Assembly: GCA_013115145.1 (NCBI GenBank)
Contig: JAAPAO010000079.1
Location: 24,261-88,260, forward strand
Origin: Perkinsus chesapeaki ATCC PRA-425
Lineage: Eukaryota > Protista > Perkinsozoa
Length of the DNA stretch: 64,000 bases
Reading direction: 5' to 3'
This document shows positions 1 through 13,167 of this stretch, piece after piece (position 1 is the stretch's first letter; each line of letters opens with the position of its first letter). The notes below the pieces were generated by a model. The model saw nothing but the letters and a program-made list of their open reading frames with translations, searched no databases and was not told the DNA's origin. The position numbers were made by a program, and so were the translations under genes.

Positions 1-1439
1 ATTTTCCAGAATTTCCCGAAGTCCATCCGCCACATCGCAGAGAAGGTTTAGTCGCAAAACGCAAACAACCTCATGAAGTTTATCGGTCACTGATAGACGT
101 GTCTGATGCCGTCAATCGCTGATGAGTCTTCGTGGTGAAGACGAAACACGTAATAGTGTGTGGCTACCACAGTGTGGTACACGTATGACCATGCCAAATA
201 TCGGATGAATCTATCCTGTGACTATACTGCAGTCCCTGGCGCATAGTGTTGACCAAAGCATCTGTTAACGCTCCGCTTCGGTAAGCGTCTAACAAGCTGG
301 TGTGAACCACACCAGCTTGGCCCGCTGCGGTACTCCGCAAAGGCTGTAATTACTCCCAGTCTGCAAAGAAAACCAGCACTTTACGTCTGATGGCAAATTC
401 TTTCTCCCATTGTCGAAGGACAATGTCCTTAGGATATGCACACCATTCAACTGCGATATCATGCTGGCTTAATCCAATAAAAACACATCAGTCTGAGGCC
501 ATATAGGAGACGGATGTGGTACAGCAAGATGCTCTTGCCCATCCCCGGTCCGGGGAAACCCAGCCGGGCATAAGGATACACCGCTGATCTTGGTACTTCA
601 AGGAGGCAAAACAGGTGACAGGCTCGTGATTGGCGCCCGGGTCCTGCCATACACAGCCTGGAGCTTCTTCAACTCGCTTATTCTATGGGTGGATCGATTG
701 AACAGCACGTAAGCTTACCTCAAGCCATGCTCTCCCATCCCACAGAGGTTGCTTCTTTTCCGCGCATCCCTGCTAAGTGTCGAGCCTATGGCTCGAGCAC
801 TGGGACTAGTAAGCGCCCTCGCCGAACTTGTCAGCAAGGTCTTCGGCAAACCACTCCATGGTGTGCAGCCATCGGATGCTTAGATCATCAGATGCTCAGA
901 CCATAGCCACATATCGGCTTTCACCAATCCTGGTTCGCTTTATGAAGTCATCTGGGCGTAACCCTGCGCTTGCAGAGTGCAGAGTCACGATGGCACTTGT
1001 CATAGCTATGCTAATCGAAGACGTGCCTTCTGCCCGCTCCCATGCACAACTGAATTTCGCAGTGCAGAGTGCACGTGTGCCCAATGGTCAACGGAAAAAT
1101 AAGTGAAATGGAGCCAAGGTCATTCGGACGAAACTCCAGCTCATAACAATTTATGAAATCTACAAAAATCTCCATAGGAACTGCCCTGTTCACCACGCGC
1201 CCTCACAACAGAGCCGGGAGTTGAAGTGATACTGTTGACGCGTGGGTTGCCCGCAATGGTAGACGGTGGCCGTGATAAAAACAACTCTGCCTTGTCGATA
1301 ACAGTCGACGTGCTGAGTTCAGAGATAGCAGTGCAAGCCGATAACAAAGGAACCATTGAATCTCCCGAAGGGCCAGTGAATCTCCTGAGCTTGCGGTAAA
1401 CCGATCCGATCTTTCCCAGTCTTTCCGCACCGTGGCCAT
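1..1439 (-). pseudogene. Decayed coding-like segment, unidentified (possible mobile-element relic)
   Basis: Overlapping short minus-strand ORFs (459-650, 896-1084, 1011-1196, 1141-1356, 1203-1439) form a mostly open but stop-interrupted stretch. No family could be recognised. Confidence 0.2.
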
Positions 1440-1688
1440 ATGCTATAGACTTACTCTACAGCCTATAGTGATACGCGGTGTTAAAGACTTCTCTAGAGAG
1501 ATGGAAAGTGCCGATTCCTTAAGCCAAGAATCTCACGAGTTGCAAACTTGTACCACTTTAATTCAAGAAAGAGCCTTTTGAAAGACAGGACTATTGCGAC
1601 AGGGAGGGCGACACTGGCCCACGCCAATAGCACATGTCGCACTTCAAAATTCTCACAAATTATCCCGTATTTTTCCCGTGCCTCCCCC

Positions 1689-3233
1689 TTACGTAATTAG
1701 CCCAGTTTGAAGCACAGCAAAGTCCGCTCCTCTCCACTGGGACACTTCAGTGCCGTAGGCATCTTCAATACTCACATCTGAAGAATAAGGAAGAATGTAA
1801 AAAACCCATCGAGCAAGACGACTCCGCATTAAAACTAATAATACACAGCAATAATGCCACGCAATATCAATCGGAAACATATACGAAGTAGTTTGTACCT
1901 CTTTCATTAAATTAATTTTCTGAGTGGTTCTCGGGAAATTTACACTTATCCAATTTCCCATTTTTTTCCGGCTTTTCCAGGAAAATCCTGGGAAAAACGG
2001 GAAATTTTTTCCTCCCCAATAGCATTACTGCATAATCGAGATGCCCGATAAAGGTCTCCTGCAAATATTTCCAATAAAACAACAATCCCAGTCCAAATTA
2101 AAACACCAACTTCTGCCCGACCTCGCAGTACCCACGGGAAAAACCGCAAGGCTATACATAAGATACCTGAACCAGGAATCGAACCCGCGATCATATAAAT
2201 AGAGGTCCTCGATTAGAGGAATCTTCGCTAGCTGAGAAAATATCTTAGCTTCTGCTAGTATTTAGCATTTTACCTGTCATAGTTGTCATACACCTTACAA
2301 CGAATTTTCTGTGAAAAAATGTCCTCCTTTCGATATTTTTTCCACGTAATTTCCTAAACTCTCCGTCATTGAAAATCCCAAATTTCGTAGAATTCCACAG
2401 TAAGAAGTTTTCCCTGAAAGATTTCCTCCACTTAGTCCCATAATATTACCCATTGCGATTGTGATCAGCCACGCTATGTTATAAAAGATATTTGCACTCG
2501 TTGCCCATCGAGCGATCAATGGAGTAGACGTAAAACTCCATCCTAGACAAAGCTTCCACACAGCAAATCTAAAAAAAAAGGAATCTTAGCTTGAACCATG
2601 CACGATATAATAGAGGTCAACTACATGATAACTCCCACACCCATTAAAGTGAAGTTCTTCTGCGTCTTCCCGTCCACACCACTCACATAGACTCGCTCGA
2701 CGGCCGGAACCGAGAATCGTGGGAACAGCAAACAGAAACCTCTGAGAAGAGAAATACTCCCAAAAATTACCCCATAATAATTTTCCACTTGCTGAAGCTT
2801 GTGTTCTCTGGAAAGTGAGAAGGTCAAATTCCTGCTTTTATACGTTTGAAGTTCCCCGAAATTCTGGTAAAAATTTCGTTTTTTTCGTCCCGTATTATTA
2901 CCGTTTGATAAAAACTGCATCCCATTTTGCCAGTTTTTCCTTTTTATACTGGATTTGATCGATCGGTCCCAAAACCGCCTCAAAATCAGTCCCGGGATCT
3001 TCACTAGACCAGCAGCTACTATCATCATCAAACGACTCCGCATAACCCTCATCTCCTTCATCTCCGTCACGCGCCGCATAATTAGCCTCTTCCTCGCTCA
3101 CTGGAGCCGGGCCGCTATCGCTCCCATCGCTAACTGAACCGACTCCCACGTAATACTCATCCCCATAATAACCCTCATAAAATCTATCGTAATGATGAGT
3201 CGGCGCTGACAACGCTCGGGGAGCCGGTGGCAT
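1689..3233 (-). CDS. Hypothetical multi-exon membrane protein with acidic N-terminal region; further upstream exons possible to ~4.8 kb
   Basis: Successive minus-strand segments: acidic MPPAPRALS...EGDEGYAESFDDD, then hydrophobic ILCIALRFFPWVLRG...VLIWTGIVVLLEIF and IAWHYCCVLLVLMRSRLARWVFYILPY, separated by GT-AG introns. Confidence 0.5.
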
Positions 3234-5152
3234 CTGCACGAATATGAAATATAAAAAATCAAAACTATATTTTCCAAATTTTGGCAAGGAAATAAATAAT
3301 CATAATTTCTAGTAGACATGCGATACAAAGGGGACCGATATTTCTACTTTGGGAGTCGATCAAGCCACTTATCATGAAAAACAAAGAAGACCATTTTTCT
3401 TGAAGAAGCACGAACGTAAGGACAAATCTCCGCATAAAAGGCGGATCGTATTCTACTTGGTTTTTGAGACAGTTAGGAAAACACGAAAACCAAAGGAAAC
3501 AAGAGCAAATTTCACGCAGAAATTTTCGCCGAATTTTCTCGTATGGTTCCCTTTGGGAAAGGACCGGAAATACGAACATGAAAATTTTAGACGATTAACT
3601 TTTCCACATTATCGCCCATTCATTACATCTCCTTTGCTCGCCTCCCGAGTAGGTCGAGAATCATTATGAATTTTTTCATCGCTCCCTTCTTTAACACGTC
3701 TCCGACGCCACATGGAGGAAAGATTTATGTCGTGGTTTGATGCTCCTAATTAAGACATATTTTGTCTATAGTATCTTGGGCAACTAAAGTATTGAAGGAT
3801 GACACTCCCAAACAATGAGAAGCCCGCACTGAAAATGATATTTTTACGCCGAAAAAATAGTTTTGTATGTTACGTTCAGCGTTGCGCCGATCAAACCAAA
3901 ATATGACACACGACGTGGTCATCACTAATGCAGTTTTTTTGACCAGATTAAACCCGAATGATACTAAATACAACAGCAATGCGACAGGTTGATCAAAGCT
4001 GTCTAATTCCTCAGAAGCTCACCAAGTCGCGTTCAGAACTCCAATGTGCGGAAAGAGATTAAAAAAGAACGTCTCCCCCCAAAGTATGCAATGTACATAA
4101 TAATAAATGATGGTCGATATGTATTATGTACATAATAATGTTATGCTATCTGTCACAGCAAGAGTAATTCTGCCAATTTTACATTACAGAAGTTCTACTA
4201 GTTCGTATTAAGAATCATTATAAAATCAATAACATTTCTAAGTATGACGGGATATATTTAAGTTCATTATTAAGTTTTCATTAGGCAAATTCAAGTTGAT
4301 TATATTTAAGTCTTTTCGCATTCATAATTCGTTTATTTTATAATGCGTTGTATGTCGCAAATGCGCTGCGATGTATCCTTTCTCACTTGCGATGTTTGAT
4401 AGAAAACATATATGCGCTTTCTAAAATTGGTTCTAATCGCGTTAAAGGTTTCTTAGTCAAAATAAGCTTGTCCGAATTGAAAAACAGACAAGAGTTTATT
4501 AACAATAAGTCCCGCTCTTAATTTCGTTTACTACTTCTGCCTGCATCCTCTTCAACACTTCTCGATCGCCCATCCAACGTAATTGTCATATAAATAGCTG
4601 AACAAAGCAAAACACTTGACGTCTATACGGATGACCCAGGTTCGAATATACCATAGCATATTTTATAAAAATAATTCGAAAATATTTGTATTTTATTATC
4701 ATAATAATTTCCCAGGTTCGTTATATATTCAAGCTATCAAACACATTGGATGCTCTTCTTCGAAAGCGGCTACTTGAAGTAGGAAAATTTTTGAAGTCAG
4801 AATCATCCTGAAACCTTATCACGGGAAGATCTTAATAATTCTTTATTGATATTGAATAATAATATTTTCTATTCAGACTGTTCACCATAAAGTTTTTATG
4901 TATTTTTCATGTAGCAGTACGTAGAGATGCAACGGAGACATTTAGGATGACGCGCAGAGTAGATCTAGGAAATTGCAAGATCTTGTAAGATTTCAAGATT
5001 TCTGAAACCGTTTCACTCGCGCAGTCTCCTATTTTGTGGCGAGGTGACACGCTGATCGACCCCAGGCGGACCATGCAAGATTCCCGCGAGGTCGATAGGC
5101 GTGCCATGTTCTTATAATCGATCAACCTTCTTCTAGCTATTAGTCCGTTCTA

Positions 5153-7186
5153 ATGTACTGGACCGAAGTTGCCTCATCGTCCGACCCTCCGCTGCCTCCT
5201 CCAGCTCCCTCAACGACTTGGGCCCCGCCGCGGCCCTCCTATCGAATGCCGAGCTATACAACGACCCCAGCCGTTTATTCTCCAACTCGCTCATCAGAGT
5301 CGGATGGCTCTGGAGTTTGGATTCGCGATGACTCCATGTGTTGTGCGTCCAGCTATTACGCCGGCCCTGCTATTTATGATTCGGTGGCCCATACGCCGAG
5401 TTACGGTTACGAGTACCCGCTTGAGGAGGATTGCTATTCCGACTATGGGATTGGCGTGTGCCGATTCTATCAAAGTGGCCTGTGTAAGTTTGGAGAAGCC
5501 TGCCGGAACTTGCATATTCACGAAGGAGAGTCGTGTCGAGCTGATCCACAATGGGAGGAGAAGGATAGGAGGCACAAGGTAGTAGTTAGTGGGTTATAAT
5601 GAAGTTCTCTGTATGGCATAGTGGCTTGAAATGGAAGGCTTGATTGAATTTAAGACCATTGCCATTGTTAATTAAATATTTTTATCCTTATATGAACTAT
5701 GAGTAAAAGAATGCCAAGTAGGAGTAGAAATTACACCTAAAAATGAAGAGACGATATGGAAGATATATTGACATTATATGCAAGCATGAGTAATAGTAGC
5801 GATTAAGGTAGAAGCGACATAAGTATCTCTGCTATGGCTTATTAAGTGGAATACAGCCTGTGGGAATCTCCAGCGAGTAGTGAATAGTAGATAATAGTAA
5901 TTATTTGTGATATACTAGTACTTTAGATTACTACATTAATTATATTTACAGTAGATAATTATGCAACGAATGACACGCTATGAGCGAAGCTCGATGATGC
6001 ATGGTGACTCTTTTCAGTTGTAAAAAATTAATGTGTAAAATTCTGTTTAATTGTATTTTATGAAGCTGCTTTTACTTGCAGTTTACATCTTTTCAGGCCC
6101 GTCTGGCCACCAGGAACGTTCTCTGTGCAATATGCGATGATGATGTTATTGCCAGCGGCAAGAGATTCGGTCTTTTGGAGAACTGCGACCATCCGTTTTG
6201 CCTCGAATGTATTAGGGAATGGCGTGATCAGAAGGACACGCAGGATCGGGAGAACTTGAGGCTCTGTCCGCTGTGTCGAGTGGAAAGCTTTTTGATCGTG
6301 CCGTGTGATCGATGGTTGGTTCACGGTATAGAGAAGCAAAGTGAGGTTGAAGGTTATAAAAGGGCATTGTCGAAGATTCCATGTAAATTCTATCAAATGA
6401 AGGAAGAGTGTCCGTTCGGATCGGCATGCTATTATAACCATGGATGGTCGGTGGAGGAGGAGGAGCAGCAACGAGGTCGAATGATGCAAGGCGCTGATGG
6501 TGAGGAAAATATACGTCGGGGAAAATTATAATAATTTAGTTTATACTGGGAAAATAAAAATGCTCGTAAAAGTTTAGGGTACAATTAGTTTGGATAAGTA
6601 ATCATTCGTGTGATAGATAATATACTAATTGAAATAGTATATCAGTGGTAATGAACTGTGCCGCCGTAGGAGCAACAAGGCACTGTAGTGAGCCAAGTTA
6701 TGAGGCTGACTGGGAGAAGGTAGATAGTTGTTTAACATTATAGTTGTATATTAAATGCAATAGCAATGGGTATCACCTATTTAGAAAGTAGTCCGAAAAA
6801 TATGGTGTATATAGCGATAAAGCGATATGGTAATCTAGTGTATACCTAAAATACCCTTCAAATTTGGTATTGAAGTAAAGAACTGGCCAAATCGTATTAT
6901 TACGATTCTGAAATACATACCCGGGGTTGGCGTGATATGGGCATGGCAGATAGAGTAGGCCTAATCGTCGAGACTCCAAGTTAGAGCTCAGCCTACTCCG
7001 ATCCGACGGTCGAGAAATCGGCATCTCTATGTTGCTCTGGCATAGGTCTACAAATTAGGTTTCGTGTTTTACACTTTGTTTTTTCTTTTAGGCAAGGTAA
7101 AAACCGTCCGTAAGTCACGCCTTTGCGACTATCTTTTTCCGGGAAGTAATGGAGTGGGGCACGGCGGAGGTGGTGGCGGCGAATAG
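5153..7186 (+). CDS. MKRN: Makorin-like RING-CCCH E3 ubiquitin ligase
   Basis: CCCH finger CRFYQSGLCKFGEACRNLH; makorin RING CAICDD...FGLLENCDHPFCLECIREWR...CPLCR; C-terminal CCCH CKFYQMKEECPFGSACYYNH. Last exon (G)KVKTVRKSRLCDYLF ends at TAG 7184-7186. Confidence 0.85.
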
Positions 7187-7614
7187 CAGTTGAATCGGAA
7201 GGCTCTCTGTAATAGGAATTTAGAGCATTCGGAGATTGGCAAAGTGCGGTTGTTTAGGTTTGATGGGAGTTGCAATCCTGTCAACAGAAAGTCTGCCTCA
7301 AGAGAAAAAAATTATAGATAAAAATGAGCTCAAAGATGATAATTATGTGGCGCGTGACGGTTGTGGTTTATTTTGTTTGCTGGAAAGTATACCGTCGCTG
7401 CCATTTTGGTTGGTCATTGAATAACAGCTCGCATTACTTCCAGTTTGTTGCGTTCTGTGGGGAGACGGGTTTGTCCGTTTGGTTGACTTCAGGTTGAGCA
7501 ATATATCAGATTATGGGAAATATGGTGTGGTTTTGTCATTTAAAATAATGCGACTCTCCGCTATGCTCTGCGGGAATGGTGCTATATCTCCTCTATTTTT
7601 TATAGACTTTTAAT

Positions 7615-7800
7615 ATTTATTTTTCTATTCATTTTTCCTTTATTTTCTCTTTATTTTCCCTTCGTTTTTCCTTTATTTTCCCTTTATTTTCCCTTCGTTT
7701 TTTCTTTATTTTCCCTTTATTTTCCCTTCGCTTTTCCTTTATCTTCCCTTTTTCCCTTTGTTTTTCCTTTATTTTCCCTTCATTTTTCCATTATTTTTCC
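7615..7800. repeat. Degenerate pyrimidine-rich tandem repeat (TTTTCCCTTTAT-like, ~12 bp)
   Basis: Directly visible repeated TTTTCC(C)TT(T/C)(A/G)T units. Confidence 0.8.
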
Positions 7801-7821
7801 TTTAGTTGACATCTGTTTGAA

Positions 7822-9790
7822 TTGATGTTTCCAACAACTACTACTAACCGCACTCCAACTGATACCAACTTTCTACCAGACTTTTACGGAGCTCCCCCAC
7901 ATCCACAGGACTCAGATGACATCGATTTGTTGGATCCTACTTTGCTTTATTTACTGCAAACTCGATTCAGCAACCAACAATCGAGCCTCGATGGCGGAGC
8001 TCCGGTTCTTTCACTGGATTCCCTTTTGCCGGATAGTGCGGGATCGCCGGATTCAATCCCTGCCGAGAGGAACCCCTTCGGAGTCGCGGGGAAGGATAAT
8101 GTAAAAAGAGGGAAAATTCTCCGGGAAAATGCGGAATTTAATGAGAAAGTTTTCTGTATTTTCGCAGAAAATTTTATCGAGCTCCCGAAATATGATAATG
8201 CTTTAATCTGAATGATATGATACAATATCGATGATAATCCCAAATATTATAATGGTCGTATAAATTTATTGCGCTTTAAATTTGTTCTAAATTCTATTTC
8301 GTCTACTTGATGCTATTCAATTCTTCATCGAATAAATAGTTTTCCGTATTTGAAAATAAAAATTGTAAATTTTTTCCTAATTTTTCCCATTTTCTGTACT
8401 GGTCCAATGCGGCATGTTTTTATAACTGAAGTCTTAAATTATTGATTTTCGCGGAGTTTTTTCCCTCTCAGGATTCGGCCTTTTTTCCTGGCGATTTCAA
8501 CGCACCTGTTGGTAGTAGTCCAGTGAGCAGTGCGGCTTCGATTAAAGCCGTTGAGCAAACGGCTGGCAATAATAAAGAAAACCAGGAGTCTAAGAGAGTT
8601 GTACCGGAGAGGGTGTTGAGGAACACGTTGATGCTGCTGGCGAGGAATGGTTGCCGATTGCCTTTGAAGAAATTTGAGGAGATATATGCTAAAGAGTGAG
8701 TGGGAAGACTTAGGGAATTTCCGGTGAAATTTCGAGATTTTCCCGGTTTTGTGAGAAACTTAATTCCGAGAGTTTTTTCCTAATTTCGTTTATTTGAATT
8801 TACATTTCCGGAAATGCTCTCCCTGTTTATCACCACTGTATGTGTTTTCTCGAACAAAACGGTTTCGTGTTTCGGCCGATTTCTGCCCGTGTTCGGATAT
8901 TTATATAAGACTTGTCCCGTCGTCGTTCAGGTTCGGTTCAACCTTTGATTCAAAGGCCTATGGTTTCGGTTGTTTGCGTTTGGCCCTTCTCTCTCTACCC
9001 GGCGTGACTCTGACAACTGATACGGTGTGGCTTTGGTCGTGTAGGACTTGCGGTGTGATGGCCAGTCCCGAGACAGGAAGATGCAAATGTAAGGAATAGC
9101 GGACTTTTGTTACTAGCAGACAGTTATTGTGACGAAATTGGCTATTAGTAATTGTTAGGGAGCATGTGGTATATTGTTCGTCTGTATAATAGTTGTATCC
9201 ATTATTAGTATCAAAATAATTTACTTGGCCTGGAAATGTAGCTGCAGTAATCGTTCGAATCTCTCTGTGCTATATGGTATCAAGTAGTATGCAAGGCTAC
9301 AAATTTTAGTTTTGGATGAATGGGAGCTGTATTATTTTTTCATCTGTTTGTATTGTATAAAAATAATATATTGTGTTCGACTAAAAATCTATTTCTATGT
9401 ACTTAATATATATAGAAAAGTAAATATGCATTGTAGTAGAAACTATGTACACATTTATGTCTGCAAATGTATGTAGACAAAAAGTATATATATTTATGTA
9501 GGAAAATATATATGATTTTTACGGTGATAATTAAACTAAGTTACAGTTTAGCTTTTTCCACTTCTCTTCTATCAGATTTGCCGCCAAGTTCGGCATTCAA
9601 ACTTTTCTTCTACTAGGCACTACCGCTCCCTTAACAACTAGCAACAATTCTCGTAACAACAATTCGATAACAAGTAGCAGCAAACACCAGAAATCATATA
9701 ATGGTGATGATGGCTGCTCGAGTGTAGCATCGCACGGTGCTGGCGGAGTAAGCAGAAGGAGCAGCACGGGGAGTGGTGGGAGACATTAAA
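7822..9790 (+). CDS. LOTUS/OST-HTH-like domain protein (multi-exon); last exon uncertain
   Basis: LRNTLMLLARNGCRLPLKKFEEIYAKE spliced to FGSTFDSKAYGFGCLRLALLSLPGV resembles the LOTUS pattern (F..xYGF..L..LL..LP); followed by CxxC (CRTC). Confidence 0.5.
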
Positions 9791-10169
9791 TCGATCAGGC
9801 GATCGATTAAAGATTCTTACCGTTTATGCGTTAGTATACTTTAGGGTAAAGCTTGAATTTGTATTTGGTACTTGTTGCTGTTGCTGTTCTTCTCTTCGTA
9901 TGTGGGCAGCTTATTAGCCTTATTCTTGACTAAATATTTCCCAGTGTATTTTTCGGGTGTCGTCAAAAGGCTAATTGTGGCTGTTGTAAAATATTACTAT
10001 TGACATTTCGGTTGCTACAGCAGAGTCGGGCAGGAGATCATCCTTGACTGTCCGTATTTGAGCCCGATAAATAATAGTATTCCTAATCGATCAAGTGATC
10101 GATTTGGACCCCACTACAGTACCTGCAACGATGACGTCATCTGGTCTGGTGGTTGAGCTTGGATCTTAC

Positions 10170-11160
10170 CTAAAAGTAACTTTCGCTGATGGTATCTCTC
10201 GCGATGAATAATTTCTGCAAATTGTCATCTGAACAGTTTTGCCCATTAATTATTGATTTGAGTTTGTCAACCAAGTCCACGTTCGGAGTGGGGAGAGCTA
10301 AAGTAGAATAAATGCTTACAAGGCACTCATTGTGTTCATGAATACAAGTGTAAATAATGAACCTAACATGAAGTGTCAAAAAGGTGTTACGTACTGTATA
10401 TTAAGGTGGACGGAAGCAGTAATTAAAGCGTAACTCTTGTGGACAGCGTGTCCGAGTGGTTAAGGAGGTGGACTAGAAATCCACTGGGCTCTGCCCGCGC
10501 AGGTTCGAATCCTGCCGCTGTCGTTTGCACATTTACATAACTATCATTGTGAATTCGGCAATTTTGATTCTCATGATTCTGTCAGTCGATCCGATTGTGT
10601 CTGGCGGGGAAGGGCGGCATATTTTTCCCAATGATGAATGCCTGTCGCTCGGACTCTTTGTTTAAACAGTATCAGTTTATTACGACTGCTTTGTTTGTAA
10701 CCGTTTTAGCGGAAATTGACTTTTGGCATTCTCATTCCCAATTCTCGTCGATCTGCACGGCTTCCTCCACGATATGTTTCATTTGTACCGCAAGAAGAAA
10801 GCGGACGATGGTCAAGACGAAACCGTGAGCAATTTCACTGCAGTGGCAGTCGATGAGTTTTTCCACTTCAGCCTCAAGCTGTGAGAAATGTGCCTGCGAA
10901 TCGGCCAGCCAGAGGTAAGAGAGTTCGAAAAATTGGGCCGACTGTATAAGATATTTATTTTCATTCAATTTTTCTGTAATCCATAGGTGGTAAACTCGCG
11001 AAGGTTCGAATCCCCGCGGCCGCATTTAATGGGAATAATGCTGGCAGACGGAGTAGGTTGAGATGAGGATGAAGGTTCGTCATGGTTCCTCCTTCAGAGC
11101 GATCCGAAACCGCGGCGTCTCCATTCCATAAAGTGCCGAGAACGGATATGACCAATGGCT
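10170..11160 (-). CDS. Hypothetical multi-exon protein (limits uncertain)
   Basis: Minus-strand ORF pieces at 10961-11155, 10732-11025 and 10170-10379 can be joined through GT-AG introns (e.g. NLL-Q-KLNENKY). No family recognised. Confidence 0.35.
10442..10523 (+). tRNA. tRNA-Ser(AGA)
   Basis: GACAGCG...CGCTGTC acceptor stem, D arm, anticodon loop CT-AGA-AA, long variable arm, GGTTCGAATCC T-loop. Confidence 0.95.
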
Positions 11161-11699
11161 TCGCAAAGAAGGGTGAGCGAGCTATGACGCGAGTTCGATT
11201 CCTGGTGGGGGCATGTATATCGAGACAAGATGGGAAATGGAGATCATGATTGAAATTCCGAATGAATTAACGACTGTTATAGATCTCTGCCTTGCTACAC
11301 GACTCGATACCCAAAATACAGACCATCGAGATGAGAAATGCTCCGCTTGATTGCTCGCTATCGGTAGAGCGGCTCACACAGTGGTTGTTGAGGTAAAAAA
11401 CATTTTTATTGTGCCCACTGTACATAATGATGATGATGAGCGATAGTGATGATTACAGTAAAGTTTCAAGCCACATGTGGAAGAATGGTAACTGAATTGG
11501 AAGATGACTGAGATTCAGCCGAACATCAAGTAACAAGTGCCAGTATATAGGCAATAAAGAGACACAATATTGCCTGGCGGATGCTCACTTCGTCTCTGTG
11601 GAGTGATTTTTCGAATCTAAAAGCTCGGCTCAAGTCCACATTTCATCAGTTATATAACGCGAAGTGCAATCTCTCGCAACCGTAAAACTTGGTAATCTC

Positions 11700-12940
11700 T
11701 CTCACAGGTGGACTAGCAAGCTCCAGCGAGTCCTTATTTATTTTCCCAACACTCAAGGGTGATGCCCTCCAAGATGAGCCACCTCAAGGATGCGCGCTCG
11801 GCCATGATCTATCCGCTGTACGGTGGAGGAAGGGTGTGACTTGCGGTTGTTGTGGTGAAAATATAAACCAAGAAGGGACAATGTGAGCACACAATTCATA
11901 CCGCATTTCTCTCTCATCGTCAACCCCAGATACTCTTGTAAGGCGTGTAAGTACTACTTTTGCAATGCTTGTATGGAAAGTGCGAAGAAATTGGGTAAGT
12001 CTCATTTCTTCAAGGTTTGCTGCTGTACCTCATCGCACAAATCTGACCTCCTCAAAATGCATCGCGGTGGTCTTAAGGCCCGATTTCGTATACACGGTGG
12101 GTACCTGTATCGGGCATGCTGTTCAGATCGCGCGGCTTTCGAATCCTTACGCTGTCCAAAGCGCCATGAGTTGAAAGAGTTTGTGGCCGATCAGCCAGGA
12201 TATGTTTGCAACGTATGTGATTCGGAAGCCTTGAAGAAAGGCGCTCAAATGTAAGGCTTGCGCACTCTGAAGATTTTGGATATGCTGCTCACGATCAGTT
12301 TGGGTTGCCGCAAATGCGACTTCGATATGTGCGGAAAATGCGTTGAAGTTGGATGTAAAGCAAGTGAGTTGAGCTTTTGTGTATCTTGCTCGCTTGGAGC
12401 TAAGATCCTTTCAGTTTCTGTCTCGAGCAACTTGGTCGATCACCCAACACCAGCTGATTTCAATCGGCTTCACTGTCCTAACCGCCACACCCTGAAGAGG
12501 TTCAAGATTCTCAACGGCGCTCACTCCTGCGGATGCTGCGATCGATCTAGCCTACCTCGAGGCACCGAAGCGTGAGAATCCCGGCCTCGCTCGACCCTTT
12601 CCAATCTGTTCTTCATAGGTTCTCCTGTGATAAATGCAGTTATGAGCTTTGTTTCGATTGCGCCTGTAAGTGCGTGTTGGCAACGCTACGACTCTCCGCA
12701 GCTGTTGTCAGACAGCGATAGAGTGCCCGAATATCTTTTCGATTCTCGTAATATAACTCCCTTCAAAAATTTAGTCCGCTTGCCTTTGTAATACATTTCC
12801 TGCTCAATCTATCTTGTATGTTTAATATCGTTTCGACAGTGTTCGGCCTGCAGGTAAGTCACTGATAGCATTCAAATCAGGAACAGTGTCGAGCGCCGGG
12901 AAAGAACTATTAGACAATGTAAGTGCGTAAGGTTTGACCC
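11700..12940 (+). CDS. Cys-rich repeated zinc-binding (C1/ZZ-like) region; possibly the 5' part of the downstream CDPK gene
   Basis: Repeated modules CPKRHELKEF..CNVCD...CRKCDFDMCGKC and CPNRHTLKRF..CGCCD...CDKCSYELCFDC, split by short GT-AG introns. Confidence 0.6.
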
Positions 12941-13167
12941 TTGATTCCAAATACGAGCAGATAATAATTATATCATTGTTATATATCATTAACTAGTCAT
13001 GAAACGGTTATAAGATTTTGTCAAGTGAATCTCAACTATGATGTGCGTAACATATCCGAAAATGAGCCCTAAACTGGTTCCCGTTGTGGAGTAATGATAT
13101 TATTTCAAAATTTTTGAAATTTATTTGGAGGACTGTATAATTTTTCTAGGGTGTAGATAACTTTCAG

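Noticed and set aside
459-650. Walker-A-like GFPGPGMGKS in a short ORF
   Set aside because: No Walker B or other NTPase context; the ORF is 63 aa and an overlapping frame looks at least as coding-like. Probably chance.
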